Notes: generated from the letters alone by a model not told the origin. DNA of 59,976 bases from an uncultured Candidatus Saccharibacteria bacterium (GCA_964450915.1 CAYVFG010000004.1:1-59976), one strand, 5' to 3'. Counted from the stretch's first letter, positions 16,947 through 26,777 are shown. Translations and numbers: made by a program.

Positions 16947-17870
16947 TTATTTTGGAAGCCTGCTGATATAATCTCCTGCGGAAAGTGCAGCAGAGCATCC
17001 GTGGCCAGCTGCAACTACTATTTGCGCATCGCGGATATCCGTAACGTCTCCTGCTGCGAAGAATCCGGGAACGCTCGTTGCGGCGTATCTGTCTGCGGGG
17101 ATGGCTTTGAATTTGTTAAGTTCTACCAGTTCTTTTACGGGTTCCGTGTTTGGGTTAGCTCCGATGGTGACAAATATGCCTTCAACGGCAAGGGTTGCTT
17201 CCTCTTGTGTCGTTTTGTTTTTGTATGTTAACCCTGATACAAGTTGTTCTCCGCTAATGTTTGTTGTTTGGGTGTTGTAGAGAATAGTTACGTTCGGGTC
17301 GTTTTCAAAGTTTGCAACCAGTACGGGATCGGCATTGAGCTTGTCTGTATCGTGAAGAAGGTAGATATGCGAAGCGATTTTTTGCAGCATGATGACAGCT
17401 TCTGCGCCTGTATTTCCTCCGCCGACTACGGCAACGTTCTTCCCTCCGAATAATGGCGCATCGCACGTTGCGCAATACGTCACTCCGAGGTTCTTGTGTT
17501 CCTCTTCACCGGGAACACCGAGCATTCGCGGATGTCGGCCTGCCGTATAGATAACAGTTTTACTTTGAAATTCTTTTCCGGAATCAGTGATGGATGTAAA
17601 AACATCTTCATGCTTGGTAATTTTTGCAACTTTGTCTTGTACGATTTCAACTCCATCTTTGTGATCTTGCAGATGTGCAATCATTTTATCCGCAAGCGTG
17701 TTGCCGTCAGTCGTGCGATCACCAGGCCAGTTTTCGATATCTCCAGAATTTCGCACTTCCCCGCCTGGCAAGTCTCCTATCAATACCACGGATAATTTTT
17801 TGCGAGCAGCGTAAATGGCAGCAGTAATCCCTGCTGGCCCGTATCCAACAATTAAAACGTCGTATGTCAT
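16947..17870 (-). CDS. trxB: thioredoxin-disulfide reductase
   Basis: GxGxxG (IVGYGPAG), redox-active CATC (YCATCDAPLF) and a second NADPH-binding VVGGGNTGAE. Confidence 0.9.
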   Translation of the reverse strand: MTYDVLIVGYGPAGITAAIYAARKKLSVVLIGDLPGGEVRNSGDIENWPGDRTTDGNTLADKMIAHLQDHKDGVEIVQDKVAKITKHEDVFTSITDSGKEFQSKTVIYTAGRHPRMLGVPGEEEHKNLGVTYCATCDAPLFGGKNVAVVGGGNTGAEAVIMLQKIASHIYLLHDTDKLNADPVLVANFENDPNVTILYNTQTTNISGEQLVSGLTYKNKTTQEEATLAVEGIFVTIGANPNTEPVKELVELNKFKAIPADRYAATSVPGFFAAGDVTDIRDAQIVVAAGHGCSAALSAGDYISRLPK

Positions 17871-18124
17871 AGCGATATGTTCAGCGCCTTTGCCAATGCT
17901 TCTCTGTCGTATCCGATAATCATTTGTTCATTTGGCGCGTCTCCAATAATGATCACTGGTACACCCATCTGCCCGGATCGTTCTATCATTGCGCGTGCTT
18001 GTGCTTGATCGGAGCTCACATCGATTTCTGTATACGCGATATTGTGCTCCGCGAAGAATTCTTTCGTCGCTTTACAATATCCGCAAGTTTTGGTGGTGTA
18101 GATTGTAACTTTCATACGTACCAT
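17867..18124 (-). CDS. glutaredoxin-like / NrdH-type small redoxin
   Basis: 85 aa with a CGYC active site, GVPVIIIG and a 4-nt overlap with trxB. Confidence 0.75.
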   Translation of the reverse strand: MVRMKVTIYTTKTCGYCKATKEFFAEHNIAYTEIDVSSDQAQARAMIERSGQMGVPVIIIGDAPNEQMIIGYDREALAKALNISL

Positions 18125-18139
18125 GATACCGTATGAGAT

Positions 18140-19420
18140 ATGAAAAAAACAGTGGCAGTCGTAGGATTAGGGTATGTAGGGCTTCCATTAGCCTTAGTTG
18201 CGCGCAATAAAGGGTGGAATGTTGTAGGGTTTGACGTTGATGCAAAAAAAGTGCAAAAGATTACGGAAGGAGTGGCTCCGTTCGAGGATGACTTTGTTGC
18301 AAAGCAGCTCGATGGAAACCCGCTCTCTGCCAGTACGGACCCGCTATGCATTAGTGATGCTGAAGTTGTGGTTATAGCTGTCCCTACTCCCGTAACGGAT
18401 GATCATATTCCAGATTTAACTCCTCTTACCTCTTCCTTAGAGTCAATCTTGCCGCATTTGCAGGACGGCCAATTGCTTTCAGTAGAGTCGACGATAAACC
18501 CGGGTGTGATGACGGAAGTTGTGCTGCCTATTATCAAAAAGCGTCCCGAGCTCAATATTCATATCGTCCATTGCCCAGAGCGTGTTAATCCGGGAGATGC
18601 AAAGTGGTCTGTTGCGAATATTCCTCGGGTTATAGGTGGATTCACCAAAGAAGCGACAAAGAAAGGCAAAGAATTTTATGAAAGCATCTTGGATGCAAAG
18701 GTAAAAGAAATGGATTCCGTCATGGAGGCGGAAGCAGTAAAGATTTTGGAAAATACATTTCGAGATATCAACATCGCATTCGTGAACGAAATGGCGAAGT
18801 CATTTGATAAACTCGGTATCGATATTAAAAACGTGATCGAAGGCGCTTCTACAAAGCCGTTTGCCTTTATGCCCCACTATCCAGGCAATGGCGTGGGCGG
18901 GCACTGCATCAGCGTCGACCCGTACTACATGATCGAGAAAGCCCGCCAAGTAGGATTCGACCACGAATTTTTGAAGCTTGCCCGAGAGATTAATAATTCC
19001 ATGCCGGAATTTACCGTTGCTCTGCTCGATCGTGCCAAAGAAGCATTGGAATTATCTGAACCGATAACTGTTGCGCTCTTAGGGCTGTCGTATAAGAAAG
19101 ATATCGACGATATTCGAGAAAGCCCTGCGCTGGATATGAAAAAAATACTTGAATCGCGATCGGACGTTTCGCTCCGTGTATTCGATCCGCACGTAGCTCG
19201 CATGTCGACGGTAGACTCTCTGGATGCAGCGTTAATGGGTGCGGATGTGGTAATGCTTGCAACGAATCATACGAATCTGGTGGATATGCTTACGCCTGAA
19301 AATTTGAAACAATACGGAGTCGTTGCTGTTATCGACGGGAAAAATGCGTTGAACGCAGACGGCATTGCAGAAGCTGGAATATTGTATCTCGGAGTAGGAC
19401 GAACGCGCGAGGCAAAATAA
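18140..19420 (+). CDS. nucleotide-sugar dehydrogenase (UDP-glucose/UDP-ManNAc dehydrogenase family)
   Basis: 426 aa with the N-terminal Rossmann VAVVGLGYVGLPLA, a catalytic-Cys region GGHCISVDP and a C-terminal UDP-binding domain. Confidence 0.8.
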   Translation: MKKTVAVVGLGYVGLPLALVARNKGWNVVGFDVDAKKVQKITEGVAPFEDDFVAKQLDGNPLSASTDPLCISDAEVVVIAVPTPVTDDHIPDLTPLTSSLESILPHLQDGQLLSVESTINPGVMTEVVLPIIKKRPELNIHIVHCPERVNPGDAKWSVANIPRVIGGFTKEATKKGKEFYESILDAKVKEMDSVMEAEAVKILENTFRDINIAFVNEMAKSFDKLGIDIKNVIEGASTKPFAFMPHYPGNGVGGHCISVDPYYMIEKARQVGFDHEFLKLAREINNSMPEFTVALLDRAKEALELSEPITVALLGLSYKKDIDDIRESPALDMKKILESRSDVSLRVFDPHVARMSTVDSLDAALMGADVVMLATNHTNLVDMLTPENLKQYGVVAVIDGKNALNADGIAEAGILYLGVGRTREAK

Positions 19421-19455
19421 AAAAATACTCGGTAGGAATTCCTACCGAGTTGTTG
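19414..19455. terminator. bidirectional terminator between convergent genes
   Basis: Perfect palindrome CTCGGTAGG-AATT-CCTACCGAG (19428-19449). A long A-run sits on the plus side (a T-run for the minus transcript), and a weaker TTGTTG follows on the plus strand. Confidence 0.6.
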
Positions 19456-19481
19456 CGAGTGTGCATTGCGTTTAAGAACGC

Positions 19482-19991
19482 CTAGGTTTCGGTTGACCAT
19501 GCAACCAATTCACTTTGGACCCTTTCCTGATCAAGGTCGAAGATGTTGCTTACATGAATCCATGCGCCGTCTCGTTCCCCGATGGCGCCCATTTGCCATC
19601 CGGAGTCATCGTGTGTGAGGATGAGCAGTTTATTTTTCCCGCTTACATCCTTGAACGCCACAGCTTTTCCGTCGTTGCTTAGGCGCGCAGTCAGCTTTTC
19701 TGGAATGATGACCAGAATGCTTTCGTCATCATCGCAGGTGATTCGAACGGCGCGCGATGTGGCCATTGGTTCGAATCGGAGAACTTTCTCGTGGCTGCTC
19801 ATACCGTGCCGGATAATGGCTTCCTCCTGCTTTTCGTCAGAAGTGGAAAATCCGTTTGCCACCTCTTTGCGTGCCGTGGGGCCTTGCTGAATGATTGCGA
19901 TCCCCATGAGGAGAGCAAGCATTATCGAGCCACCCATAATCATGTTGCCCCACTTGTTCTTGCTGTGCTTGCATGTGGTTTGTCCGCACAT
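19482..19991 (-). CDS. hypothetical secreted or membrane-anchored protein
   Basis: The ATG at 19991 (MCGQTTCKH...) is preceded by AAGGGA. The protein has a hydrophobic anchor IMLALLMGIAII. A consensus promoter lies upstream at 20047-20075. Confidence 0.5.
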   Translation of the reverse strand: MCGQTTCKHSKNKWGNMIMGGSIMLALLMGIAIIQQGPTARKEVANGFSTSDEKQEEAIIRHGMSSHEKVLRFEPMATSRAVRITCDDDESILVIIPEKLTARLSNDGKAVAFKDVSGKNKLLILTHDDSGWQMGAIGERDGAWIHVSNIFDLDQERVQSELVAWSTET

Positions 19992-20046
19992 CGTTTCGTC
20001 CCTTTTCGCTTGATTGTAAAGTAACACCCTCAATTAGGGTGTTTAT

Positions 20047-20075
20047 ATTATACTCTTATTTGTATATAAAGTCAA
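20047..20075 (-). promoter_or_regulatory. near-consensus sigma70 promoter
   Basis: The minus strand reads TTGACT, a 17-nt spacer and TATAAT (-35 at 20075-20070, -10 at 20052-20047). Confidence 0.6.
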
Positions 20076-20077
20076 TA

Positions 20078-20998
20078 CTATTTTGTGTGCATGCTCATCA
20101 GTTTTGCCACCTCTGCAAATTGCGCATCTTCGCTCGGGTCGTTCATGACAACGGCTACTCTGTCTTTCAGCGCATCTGCGCCTTCTTGCACTAAGCAATA
20201 TCCTGCCTCGTATAAAAAACCTGTCTTGCTGCCCGTAATGGTTACTTGCCCTAATTGTGCAGGCTTGTTTGTGTTGTGTATTGTATGTTCTCGATTTGTG
20301 CCGCGAACGGTGAATGCGTATTCCTTTTGGCTCGTGGCCTGAGAAATTTCCGGGTAATGCGTAAATGCATAATGCGCCATTACGGCGATGTCGTATGCGC
20401 TCGAAACATTTTTCGGAGTAAGTCCGGTAACATCGTAAAATTGCGTTTGTTCTAAATGCAGTTCCACTGCTTTGCGGTTCATCTCCTGAATAAATTCATC
20501 GGTCGGTATGCCAAGCTGGCGGACATATGCTCTTGTGGCATTATTTGCGGATCCTAATAGTGATGCGTTAAATAAATCTTTCATGGTGACTGTTTCTCCC
20601 GGTGCCAGCACAAGCTCTCCGCCCACCGTATATTCATCTGGAAGTATATCGGCTTGCTTATTCCAATCTATTCCATGATCGATTGCAATCATTGCGGTCA
20701 TAAGCTTGGTAATGCTTGCAAGTGGCCGCTGCTCGAACGCATTTTTTTGGAATAGGATCTGATTATTTTCTCCATCATACGCTATTGCGCTCGTTGCTTG
20801 GAATCCGGAAGAATCTGTTGATTGTTGCAATCCGTCTATCGGCAGGCCGAGAGGAATATTGGCGGTTCCTGAAAGAGGTGTGGGTGCGGGATCTGCATGT
20901 ACGATATGTGCAATAATAGCGCCAAGTCCGAAGGATAAGCTGACACACAATACCACGAAGAAGGCCGTAACTTTATGCATACTCGGCTTAGTGTACAA
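20078..20998 (-). CDS. D-alanyl-D-alanine carboxypeptidase (S11, PBP5/DacA-like)
   Basis: Signal/anchor sequence, SxxK (ASITKLMT), SxN (GSANN) and KTG (GSKTGF). Confidence 0.85.
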   Translation of the reverse strand: MYTKPSMHKVTAFFVVLCVSLSFGLGAIIAHIVHADPAPTPLSGTANIPLGLPIDGLQQSTDSSGFQATSAIAYDGENNQILFQKNAFEQRPLASITKLMTAMIAIDHGIDWNKQADILPDEYTVGGELVLAPGETVTMKDLFNASLLGSANNATRAYVRQLGIPTDEFIQEMNRKAVELHLEQTQFYDVTGLTPKNVSSAYDIAVMAHYAFTHYPEISQATSQKEYAFTVRGTNREHTIHNTNKPAQLGQVTITGSKTGFLYEAGYCLVQEGADALKDRVAVVMNDPSEDAQFAEVAKLMSMHTK

Positions 20999-21017
20999 TA
21001 GAACAAACGCGCTTTCT

Positions 21018-21617
21018 ATGCATATTATTCACACAACAGACGTATCTTCCGCAGTTCAATATGTTCGCGAAGGGAGAATAGTAGCCTTCCCTACCGGAAC
21101 ATCGTATGGCTTAGCTGTAGACGCGTTGCAGGGGCATGCTCTTCAGCGGCTCCGCAATGCAAAAAAGCGTCCTGAGGAAAAGACATTTACTATATTTTTG
21201 GATAATTCGCTCTGGGATACGTACTTAGAGTTATCTCAAGAAGAGAAAAATATTCTCATTCGATATGCCAGTACTGCTCTCACGCTGTTAGTGAAACCAA
21301 AAGAGCAGCTGATGCATATCGCTCAAGACGGCTTAGTGGGTCTTCGCGTAGTTGATCATCCGGTAATGGCTGAGCTTGCAGAGAAGGCTGGTGTTCCTCT
21401 TACTGCAACGAGCGCCAATATATCAGGACAAGATGCCTGTTATGACGAAGAGTGTATCGAAAAATCGTTTCCCGGAAAAATTGGGACAACGTACGATTTG
21501 TCGCTCGCGTGTATTTTGGATGGTGGCCAGTTGCGACCCGGCTTAGTCAGCACGATTGCAAAACTGAAAAATGGCAAGTTGGAAATTGTGCGCCAAGGCG
21601 CACTGATGCTGAAATAG
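21018..21617 (+). CDS. tsaC: L-threonylcarbamoyladenylate synthase (YrdC/TsaC family)
   Basis: From MHIIHTTDV it has VAFPTGTSYGLAVDA, KKRPEEKTFTIF and TATSANISG. The longer 20859 start overlaps the dacA-like gene and is rejected. Confidence 0.8.
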   Translation: MHIIHTTDVSSAVQYVREGRIVAFPTGTSYGLAVDALQGHALQRLRNAKKRPEEKTFTIFLDNSLWDTYLELSQEEKNILIRYASTALTLLVKPKEQLMHIAQDGLVGLRVVDHPVMAELAEKAGVPLTATSANISGQDACYDEECIEKSFPGKIGTTYDLSLACILDGGQLRPGLVSTIAKLKNGKLEIVRQGALMLK

Positions 21618-21618
21618 G

Positions 21619-21942
21619 CTATATCTTATAATTACACTTCTTAATGGCATCCTCGAGCGATTTTTTTGCATCTTGAATATTTTTGATTTGATCTGCGGGT
21701 GCGTTCTCTTTTTGAAGTGTTTGAATGTCTTGATCCATTGCTGAGATTGTCGCAGGCAGCTGCGCGATATCTTCTGGTGTTGCGTCGCATGCAAGCGGAG
21801 TGGCGGTCGGCGATGGTGATAGCGCCGCCCTATTTGCAGCAGTCTTAATCTGATTAGAATATAAGTTAAATGCCACAGGGGCTGTTCCAATAAATGCGAT
21901 AGCTGCAACAGCGATTCCGGCTACGATAGGATGGAATTTCAT
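21619..21942 (-). CDS. hypothetical small anchored protein
   Basis: 107 aa with an N-terminal hydrophobic segment and two Cys residues. Confidence 0.45.
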   Translation of the reverse strand: MKFHPIVAGIAVAAIAFIGTAPVAFNLYSNQIKTAANRAALSPSPTATPLACDATPEDIAQLPATISAMDQDIQTLQKENAPADQIKNIQDAKKSLEDAIKKCNYKI

Positions 21943-21944
21943 AG

Positions 21945-22910
21945 TTATTGAAGGCGTTTATTGATTATAAATGTACCATATCCAATGCCGATGAGCAGGA
22001 ATCCCGATGCTATAAGTGCGAGCGGCCAGCCAACAACGTCGCTGAAATATTCCGCAGTGAGTTTCAGGATGTACCCCATGAGGTATAGGCTGCCGATAAC
22101 GAGCACTGCTCTGCTTTTCAAGAATACGGAAAGCGCCATCATGCCAAAGCAAATGCCGACGAACCCGATTTCCCATATAATATGTACATTCGGTTTATAT
22201 CCTCCCAGTGCAAAAGATGCCCCCAAGAACATTAGGGATCCTAATGAGTACAGCCATGCAGCAAGGACTCTGAATTTTTCTTTACACGCATATCCGATCA
22301 AGAAGTAGGAAAATCCGAGCAATAAAAATCTGTATTCAAGCATCTCGGCCGTGTTTAATGCGGAGCCTTGCAGCAATGAATGTGTCGCAGAGAAGTACAG
22401 CATACTTCCAAATGCAATAGAAAATACGCGGAACAATCCTTGTTTGGTAATAAATATCGATGCCGTTGTTGCGATGAACATGATCGCATAAATAATGTCG
22501 GAATAGCTGACAATATTCGAGCTGTATGAATACTCATGCAATGTAATGTAGATTCCAAGCGGCGTGAGAACATTGAATATGAGATTAAATGCGAATGCTA
22601 CGCCAGTGAAATTTTTAGTGCGAGAAACGAGGGTTGCTGTTATGTATGACGCAATTCCAGCTCCAAGTGTTACTAAGATACGGGCAAGCGTGTTAAGCGC
22701 TCCCCATTGCTGGTGGACGAACAGTACTAAGCCGATAAAAATAATAAGTCCGCCGATTGCGTACAGGATCGTAATAAGGGATAGCGATTTGCGCTCCGGT
22801 TGGCGAATTTCTCCCATGCCTCTGTTGAATGCCGATAGCACTTCTTCGCGAGTAATCTTTTTTGCGGCTGCGCTCTCGGTGATTGCGGTAAGGAGGTCTT
22901 CTTTGTTCAT
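21945..22910 (-). CDS. hypothetical polytopic membrane protein (DUF2157-like architecture)
   Basis: 321 aa with a soluble helical N-terminus followed by about 9 TM helices. Confidence 0.5.
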   Translation of the reverse strand: MNKEDLLTAITESAAAKKITREEVLSAFNRGMGEIRQPERKSLSLITILYAIGGLIIFIGLVLFVHQQWGALNTLARILVTLGAGIASYITATLVSRTKNFTGVAFAFNLIFNVLTPLGIYITLHEYSYSSNIVSYSDIIYAIMFIATTASIFITKQGLFRVFSIAFGSMLYFSATHSLLQGSALNTAEMLEYRFLLLGFSYFLIGYACKEKFRVLAAWLYSLGSLMFLGASFALGGYKPNVHIIWEIGFVGICFGMMALSVFLKSRAVLVIGSLYLMGYILKLTAEYFSDVVGWPLALIASGFLLIGIGYGTFIINKRLQ

Positions 22911-22919
22911 AGGAGCTTC

Positions 22920-23471
22920 TTATTTAGTTACCCAAGCAACGAATGAAAACGGCAAATCATTTCCTTTTGTAATGATTGTAACTTTTTTGCTCGCCGTATT
23001 CTTGGAAAGGTATGCGCTTGCGCGGTCGTTTTGTCCTTCAAAGTAGAATGGGAACATTCCTCCGGAGGATGATCCATACGTCATGGTAAATCCGTCTGGG
23101 GATACAGAATCGTCAGAGAGCGTACGCTTTGCAATATCATCAAACGAAACTTCCTCGTTGGTATCAGCTGCTGTGTGATGGATGAAGAATCTCGGTATGC
23201 CCTGTCCTTGGTATAGGTATGGCGCATTGTCTACTTTTGGCGATACGGTAAGGGTTGAGTCGGTAATGTGGCCGTTTTTAATGCTGTATGAATGCTGTAT
23301 TTGCCGTCCATTCTCAATTTGGGTTGCTGTCGGGTATTGTCCGAGTGCATACACAAAGTCTGTTTGGGGGTGGATGGACCGCCCTGGAATAATGATGGCG
23401 AGCGCAATACCGATAACCATGAGAACGGGAATGGAAAGTCCTACAATAAGGGATATCGATGAAGGCTTCAT
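22920..23471 (-). CDS. hypothetical membrane-anchored protein
   Basis: 183 aa with a single N-terminal TM helix and a beta-rich remainder. Confidence 0.45.
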   Translation of the reverse strand: MKPSSISLIVGLSIPVLMVIGIALAIIIPGRSIHPQTDFVYALGQYPTATQIENGRQIQHSYSIKNGHITDSTLTVSPKVDNAPYLYQGQGIPRFFIHHTAADTNEEVSFDDIAKRTLSDDSVSPDGFTMTYGSSSGGMFPFYFEGQNDRASAYLSKNTASKKVTIITKGNDLPFSFVAWVTK

Positions 23472-23489
23472 ATCCCCTTTATTGTATCT

Positions 23490-24737
23490 CTAAAACTGGG
23501 ACGTGTCACGGGGCAAAAAGAGCCCGATAATCCATTCGAATGTTATCTGCAGCCGGTTTCCCCAGCCGAACATGGTTTGCAGGAATACGATTCTGCGCAG
23601 CAGCCATGCGAGGAAACCCGTCGTAATAAAATCATTTTTTTCATAAATTGCATACCCGTTTCCAATGGGGATAATATCGCCTTTATGTTTATATGCCTTC
23701 TTGTGAAGAGGTTTTTTAGCGATATGCGCAATAATATTGCTTGCAACCGGATTCGCAGCCTGTACGGCAGCCTGCGCCAACGGAGGATACGAATATTGCT
23801 TGTCAGTAATGGATGCACAATCCCCGATGCCAAATATTTCTGGATAGGACGGCGTTTGAAATGTTGGTGTAAGCACTAAGAGTCCTCTGTCGGTGAGCAT
23901 ATTTTTAGGCAGGAGTTGCTGCAGAACGCTTTCTGTTCCCGCTGTCCAGAATACGCTGTTGCTCGCAATGGATTTTCCCGAAGCTAAGGATACGCCGTTT
24001 TTTGTAACCTCTACCACGCGTTCTCGCAACATTGTTTTGACCCCTAATTTGTATAATTGTTTTTTTGCCTCGAATGACGCTCGTGGGGAAAGCTGTTCTA
24101 AGAGTCGAGTTCCTGAATGAATAATAGATACTTGCGATAAACCGATCGGTACGTCGCCATAAAATTGTCTCATCTCGTGCTGGATTAAGTCCGATACCTG
24201 GCCTGCAAGCTCCGTCCCCGTTGCGCCCCCGCCGACAATAACGAAATTGAGGTACGAGAGCATCGCCTCTTTATTTTTTTTGTCATGCATTTCCGACGCC
24301 ATTTCAAATGACGTAATGATTCGGTTTCGAATGGAAACGGCTCCCGGAAGCCACTTGAGAGCAAGCGCGTATTTTTCAGCTCCGGGTGTGCCGAAAAATC
24401 CTTGCTCAACCCCTAGTGCAATAACCAGGATGTCGTACGAATGGTCGCCGGTGTTTGTGTGTACGACTTTCGCCTTCGGATCGATACCGGTAATATCTGC
24501 CTGGTGAAAATCTTTTCCGCAACAGGTGAGGATTTCTCTTAATGGCTGTACGACGTGCTCCCGATCAACGGCCCCTGTTGCAACTTCATGCAGCATTGGA
24601 GAATACGTAAAGTAATTAGTTTTGCTGATTAATTCAATGCGTATGTTATGAATATTTGCCGGATGAATCAACTTATGAAGGCGTTGGTATGTAGATATAC
24701 CACCGAATCCCCCTCCTAAGATAAGTATTTTCTTCAT
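23490..24737 (-). CDS. type II NADH dehydrogenase-like FAD/NAD(P)-dependent oxidoreductase
   Basis: KKILILGGGFGGIST, a second dinucleotide fold VIVGGGATGTELAG, and GDCA near the C-terminus. Confidence 0.8.
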   Translation of the reverse strand: MKKILILGGGFGGISTYQRLHKLIHPANIHNIRIELISKTNYFTYSPMLHEVATGAVDREHVVQPLREILTCCGKDFHQADITGIDPKAKVVHTNTGDHSYDILVIALGVEQGFFGTPGAEKYALALKWLPGAVSIRNRIITSFEMASEMHDKKNKEAMLSYLNFVIVGGGATGTELAGQVSDLIQHEMRQFYGDVPIGLSQVSIIHSGTRLLEQLSPRASFEAKKQLYKLGVKTMLRERVVEVTKNGVSLASGKSIASNSVFWTAGTESVLQQLLPKNMLTDRGLLVLTPTFQTPSYPEIFGIGDCASITDKQYSYPPLAQAAVQAANPVASNIIAHIAKKPLHKKAYKHKGDIIPIGNGYAIYEKNDFITTGFLAWLLRRIVFLQTMFGWGNRLQITFEWIIGLFLPRDTSQF

Positions 24738-24743
24738 TGCTGA

Positions 24744-24941
24744 TTAGGTGTATGTTTTTTCGATTTCCTGTACCGTATTTTCAATTTCCTGAAGCCTCTC
24801 CTGAAGTTTTTTAGCCAGTTTGAGACCCTGTTCAAATTTCGGCAAGTCCTTTTCCAGGTCCAGTTCTCGAGATTCGAAATCTTTCACAATAGCCTCAAGT
24901 TCGCTATATCCTTTGGTAAAATCAAATTTCTTTTCAGTCAT
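24744..24941 (-). CDS. xseB: exodeoxyribonuclease VII small subunit
   Basis: 65-aa helical protein (FEQGLKLAKKLQERL) directly downstream of xseA. Confidence 0.8.
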   Translation of the reverse strand: MTEKKFDFTKGYSELEAIVKDFESRELDLEKDLPKFEQGLKLAKKLQERLQEIENTVQEIEKTYT

Positions 24942-24953
24942 AGCGCAAGTTTA

Positions 24954-26129
24954 TCACGAGCCTACCTTCTGGACAACGGAAGAAACGGACCCGTCTGCAA
25001 GCGTTGTAGTAAGCTCTTCCCCAGTACGAATATCGTGTGCGCTCTTTATCACTTTTCCGGAGCTATTCCGTGTAATGCTGAATCCTCGTGCAAGTATTTG
25101 CTGGGGCGATAATGCTGCAAGGACGCGCTTCATGCCGTCTATCTTTTGATGAGATGAAGCAATATTGTCTTTAATTCGTACGGATACAGACCGAACCCGA
25201 TCAATTAATTGCTCGATATTTCGCGTTGCCTGGTGCAGCCGATTGCTCATCGCGTGAATCGCTGAACGAATATTGTTTTGATTGCTTTGGAGCTGGGTTG
25301 CAAGCGATGAAGAAATTGCCAGCTTCATGCGAGAAATATCTCCAAGAATTTCTTCTCTGCTTCGTACTACTAATTCCGCCGCATTGCTCGGCGTTGATGC
25401 CCGAATGTCTGCAGCAAGTTCTGCCAAACTCACGTCGCGTTCATGCCCGATGCCGACTATCGTAGGGGTTCTGGAACCTGCCACGGCGCGTACGACGTGC
25501 TCGTCGTTGAACGCCATTAAATCCTCTAGGCTCCCCCCGCCGCGCACCAGTACGATGGCGTCCAAGTTTTCCAATTCCGTATTCGCTGTTGCAAGCGCAG
25601 CTATGATTTGCCTCGGCGCATCGTCTCCTTGTACTTGGGTATGGATAAAAGATATGCGCAGTCCGCCCAGCCTTCCTTGTAATACTTTTAAGAAATCTTT
25701 GTATGCAGCAGCTTCTTTTGATGTGATAAGTGCGATATGCTGTGGGAATTTTGGAAGCGCGCGTTTGCGTTCCGGAGAAAATAATCCTTCTTGTGCTAAT
25801 TTTTTCTGCAATAGTTCAAATGCCCGTTTGAGCGATCCTTCGCCCGCTGGCTTTACTGACTGCACCACAAAACTTAAAAATCCTTTTTCGCGAAGATTGG
25901 GCTTTCCCGTAACGCGCACCAGCATGCCGTCTTCTAATGCAACTCGCAGCTGCCAAACGGTCATGAAGCATTTCAATACGCTTTTTTCGTCTTTAATGTC
26001 GAATGTGACCCATTTGTTATGAATCACGTTGAATCCGGATACTTCTCCTTCCACCACTAAATCCCCAAGAGAATCCAAGGCAATGTTAATTGCCTCTACG
26101 CACTGGCTTACGGATAATACGATTTCCAT
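24954..26129 (-). CDS. xseA: exodeoxyribonuclease VII large subunit
   Basis: 391 aa with an N-terminal OB fold (VVEGEVSGFN...HNKWVTFDIKDE), VLVRGGGSLEDL and GIGHERD. Confidence 0.85.
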   Translation of the reverse strand: MEIVLSVSQCVEAINIALDSLGDLVVEGEVSGFNVIHNKWVTFDIKDEKSVLKCFMTVWQLRVALEDGMLVRVTGKPNLREKGFLSFVVQSVKPAGEGSLKRAFELLQKKLAQEGLFSPERKRALPKFPQHIALITSKEAAAYKDFLKVLQGRLGGLRISFIHTQVQGDDAPRQIIAALATANTELENLDAIVLVRGGGSLEDLMAFNDEHVVRAVAGSRTPTIVGIGHERDVSLAELAADIRASTPSNAAELVVRSREEILGDISRMKLAISSSLATQLQSNQNNIRSAIHAMSNRLHQATRNIEQLIDRVRSVSVRIKDNIASSHQKIDGMKRVLAALSPQQILARGFSITRNSSGKVIKSAHDIRTGEELTTTLADGSVSSVVQKVGS

Positions 26130-26136
26130 CTATGTA

Positions 26137-26748
26137 CTATTCCCTAGGTGCGGGGCATTGTGCAAATTGGCATTGTGGGCCGGTGCGGCCAACATAGGAG
26201 CCATCCGGACACATCTTTGCTTCTTCGGTGCAGATTCCAGCCCCATAGCCGATAGGCTGTTTATTTAATTGCCACACAGAAAAATTTAAATATCCCGCAA
26301 ACGTTACCCATAGAATATATGGCAGCAATAAATAGGCCGCCGTTTTATTAACGGGTTTAAATGCGTATATGGTCAGTGCGATAAAAATCCACATGGCTAG
26401 TAAATTCAAAAATGCCAGCGCGGGGTTATGAAGCCCGAAAAAGATAATCGACCACATCGTGTTGAGGAGCAATTGCGCAACAAATATCCATAGTGCAAAT
26501 TCGATCATTTTCCGCTTCTTTTTCTGTTTTGTTGTTCGATACTGTTCCCAAATAAGAAATACGGCAACGCCCATCAGCGCATACAGCAATGTCCATACCG
26601 GCCCGAATACCCAGCTTGGCGGATTGAGCATTGGCTTTGTGAGCGTTGCATACCAGTTAGTGATTTCAGGTGCTGTAAAGATCGACCCAAGCGCTCCTGC
26701 AATTTCGCATGCTGCTATAAAGAATATCGCCCGTCCCCATGTGTTCAT
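26137..26748 (-). CDS. TspO/MBR tryptophan-rich sensory protein with Cys-rich C-terminal extension
   Basis: Five TM helices, WYATLTKPMLNPPSWVFGPVWTLLY, and a roughly 40-aa tail ICTEEAKMCPDGSYVGRTGPQCQFAQCPAP. Confidence 0.8.
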   Translation of the reverse strand: MNTWGRAIFFIAACEIAGALGSIFTAPEITNWYATLTKPMLNPPSWVFGPVWTLLYALMGVAVFLIWEQYRTTKQKKKRKMIEFALWIFVAQLLLNTMWSIIFFGLHNPALAFLNLLAMWIFIALTIYAFKPVNKTAAYLLLPYILWVTFAGYLNFSVWQLNKQPIGYGAGICTEEAKMCPDGSYVGRTGPQCQFAQCPAPRE

Positions 26749-26777
26749 GAAGAAAGTATAGCACAGATTTTTACGTG

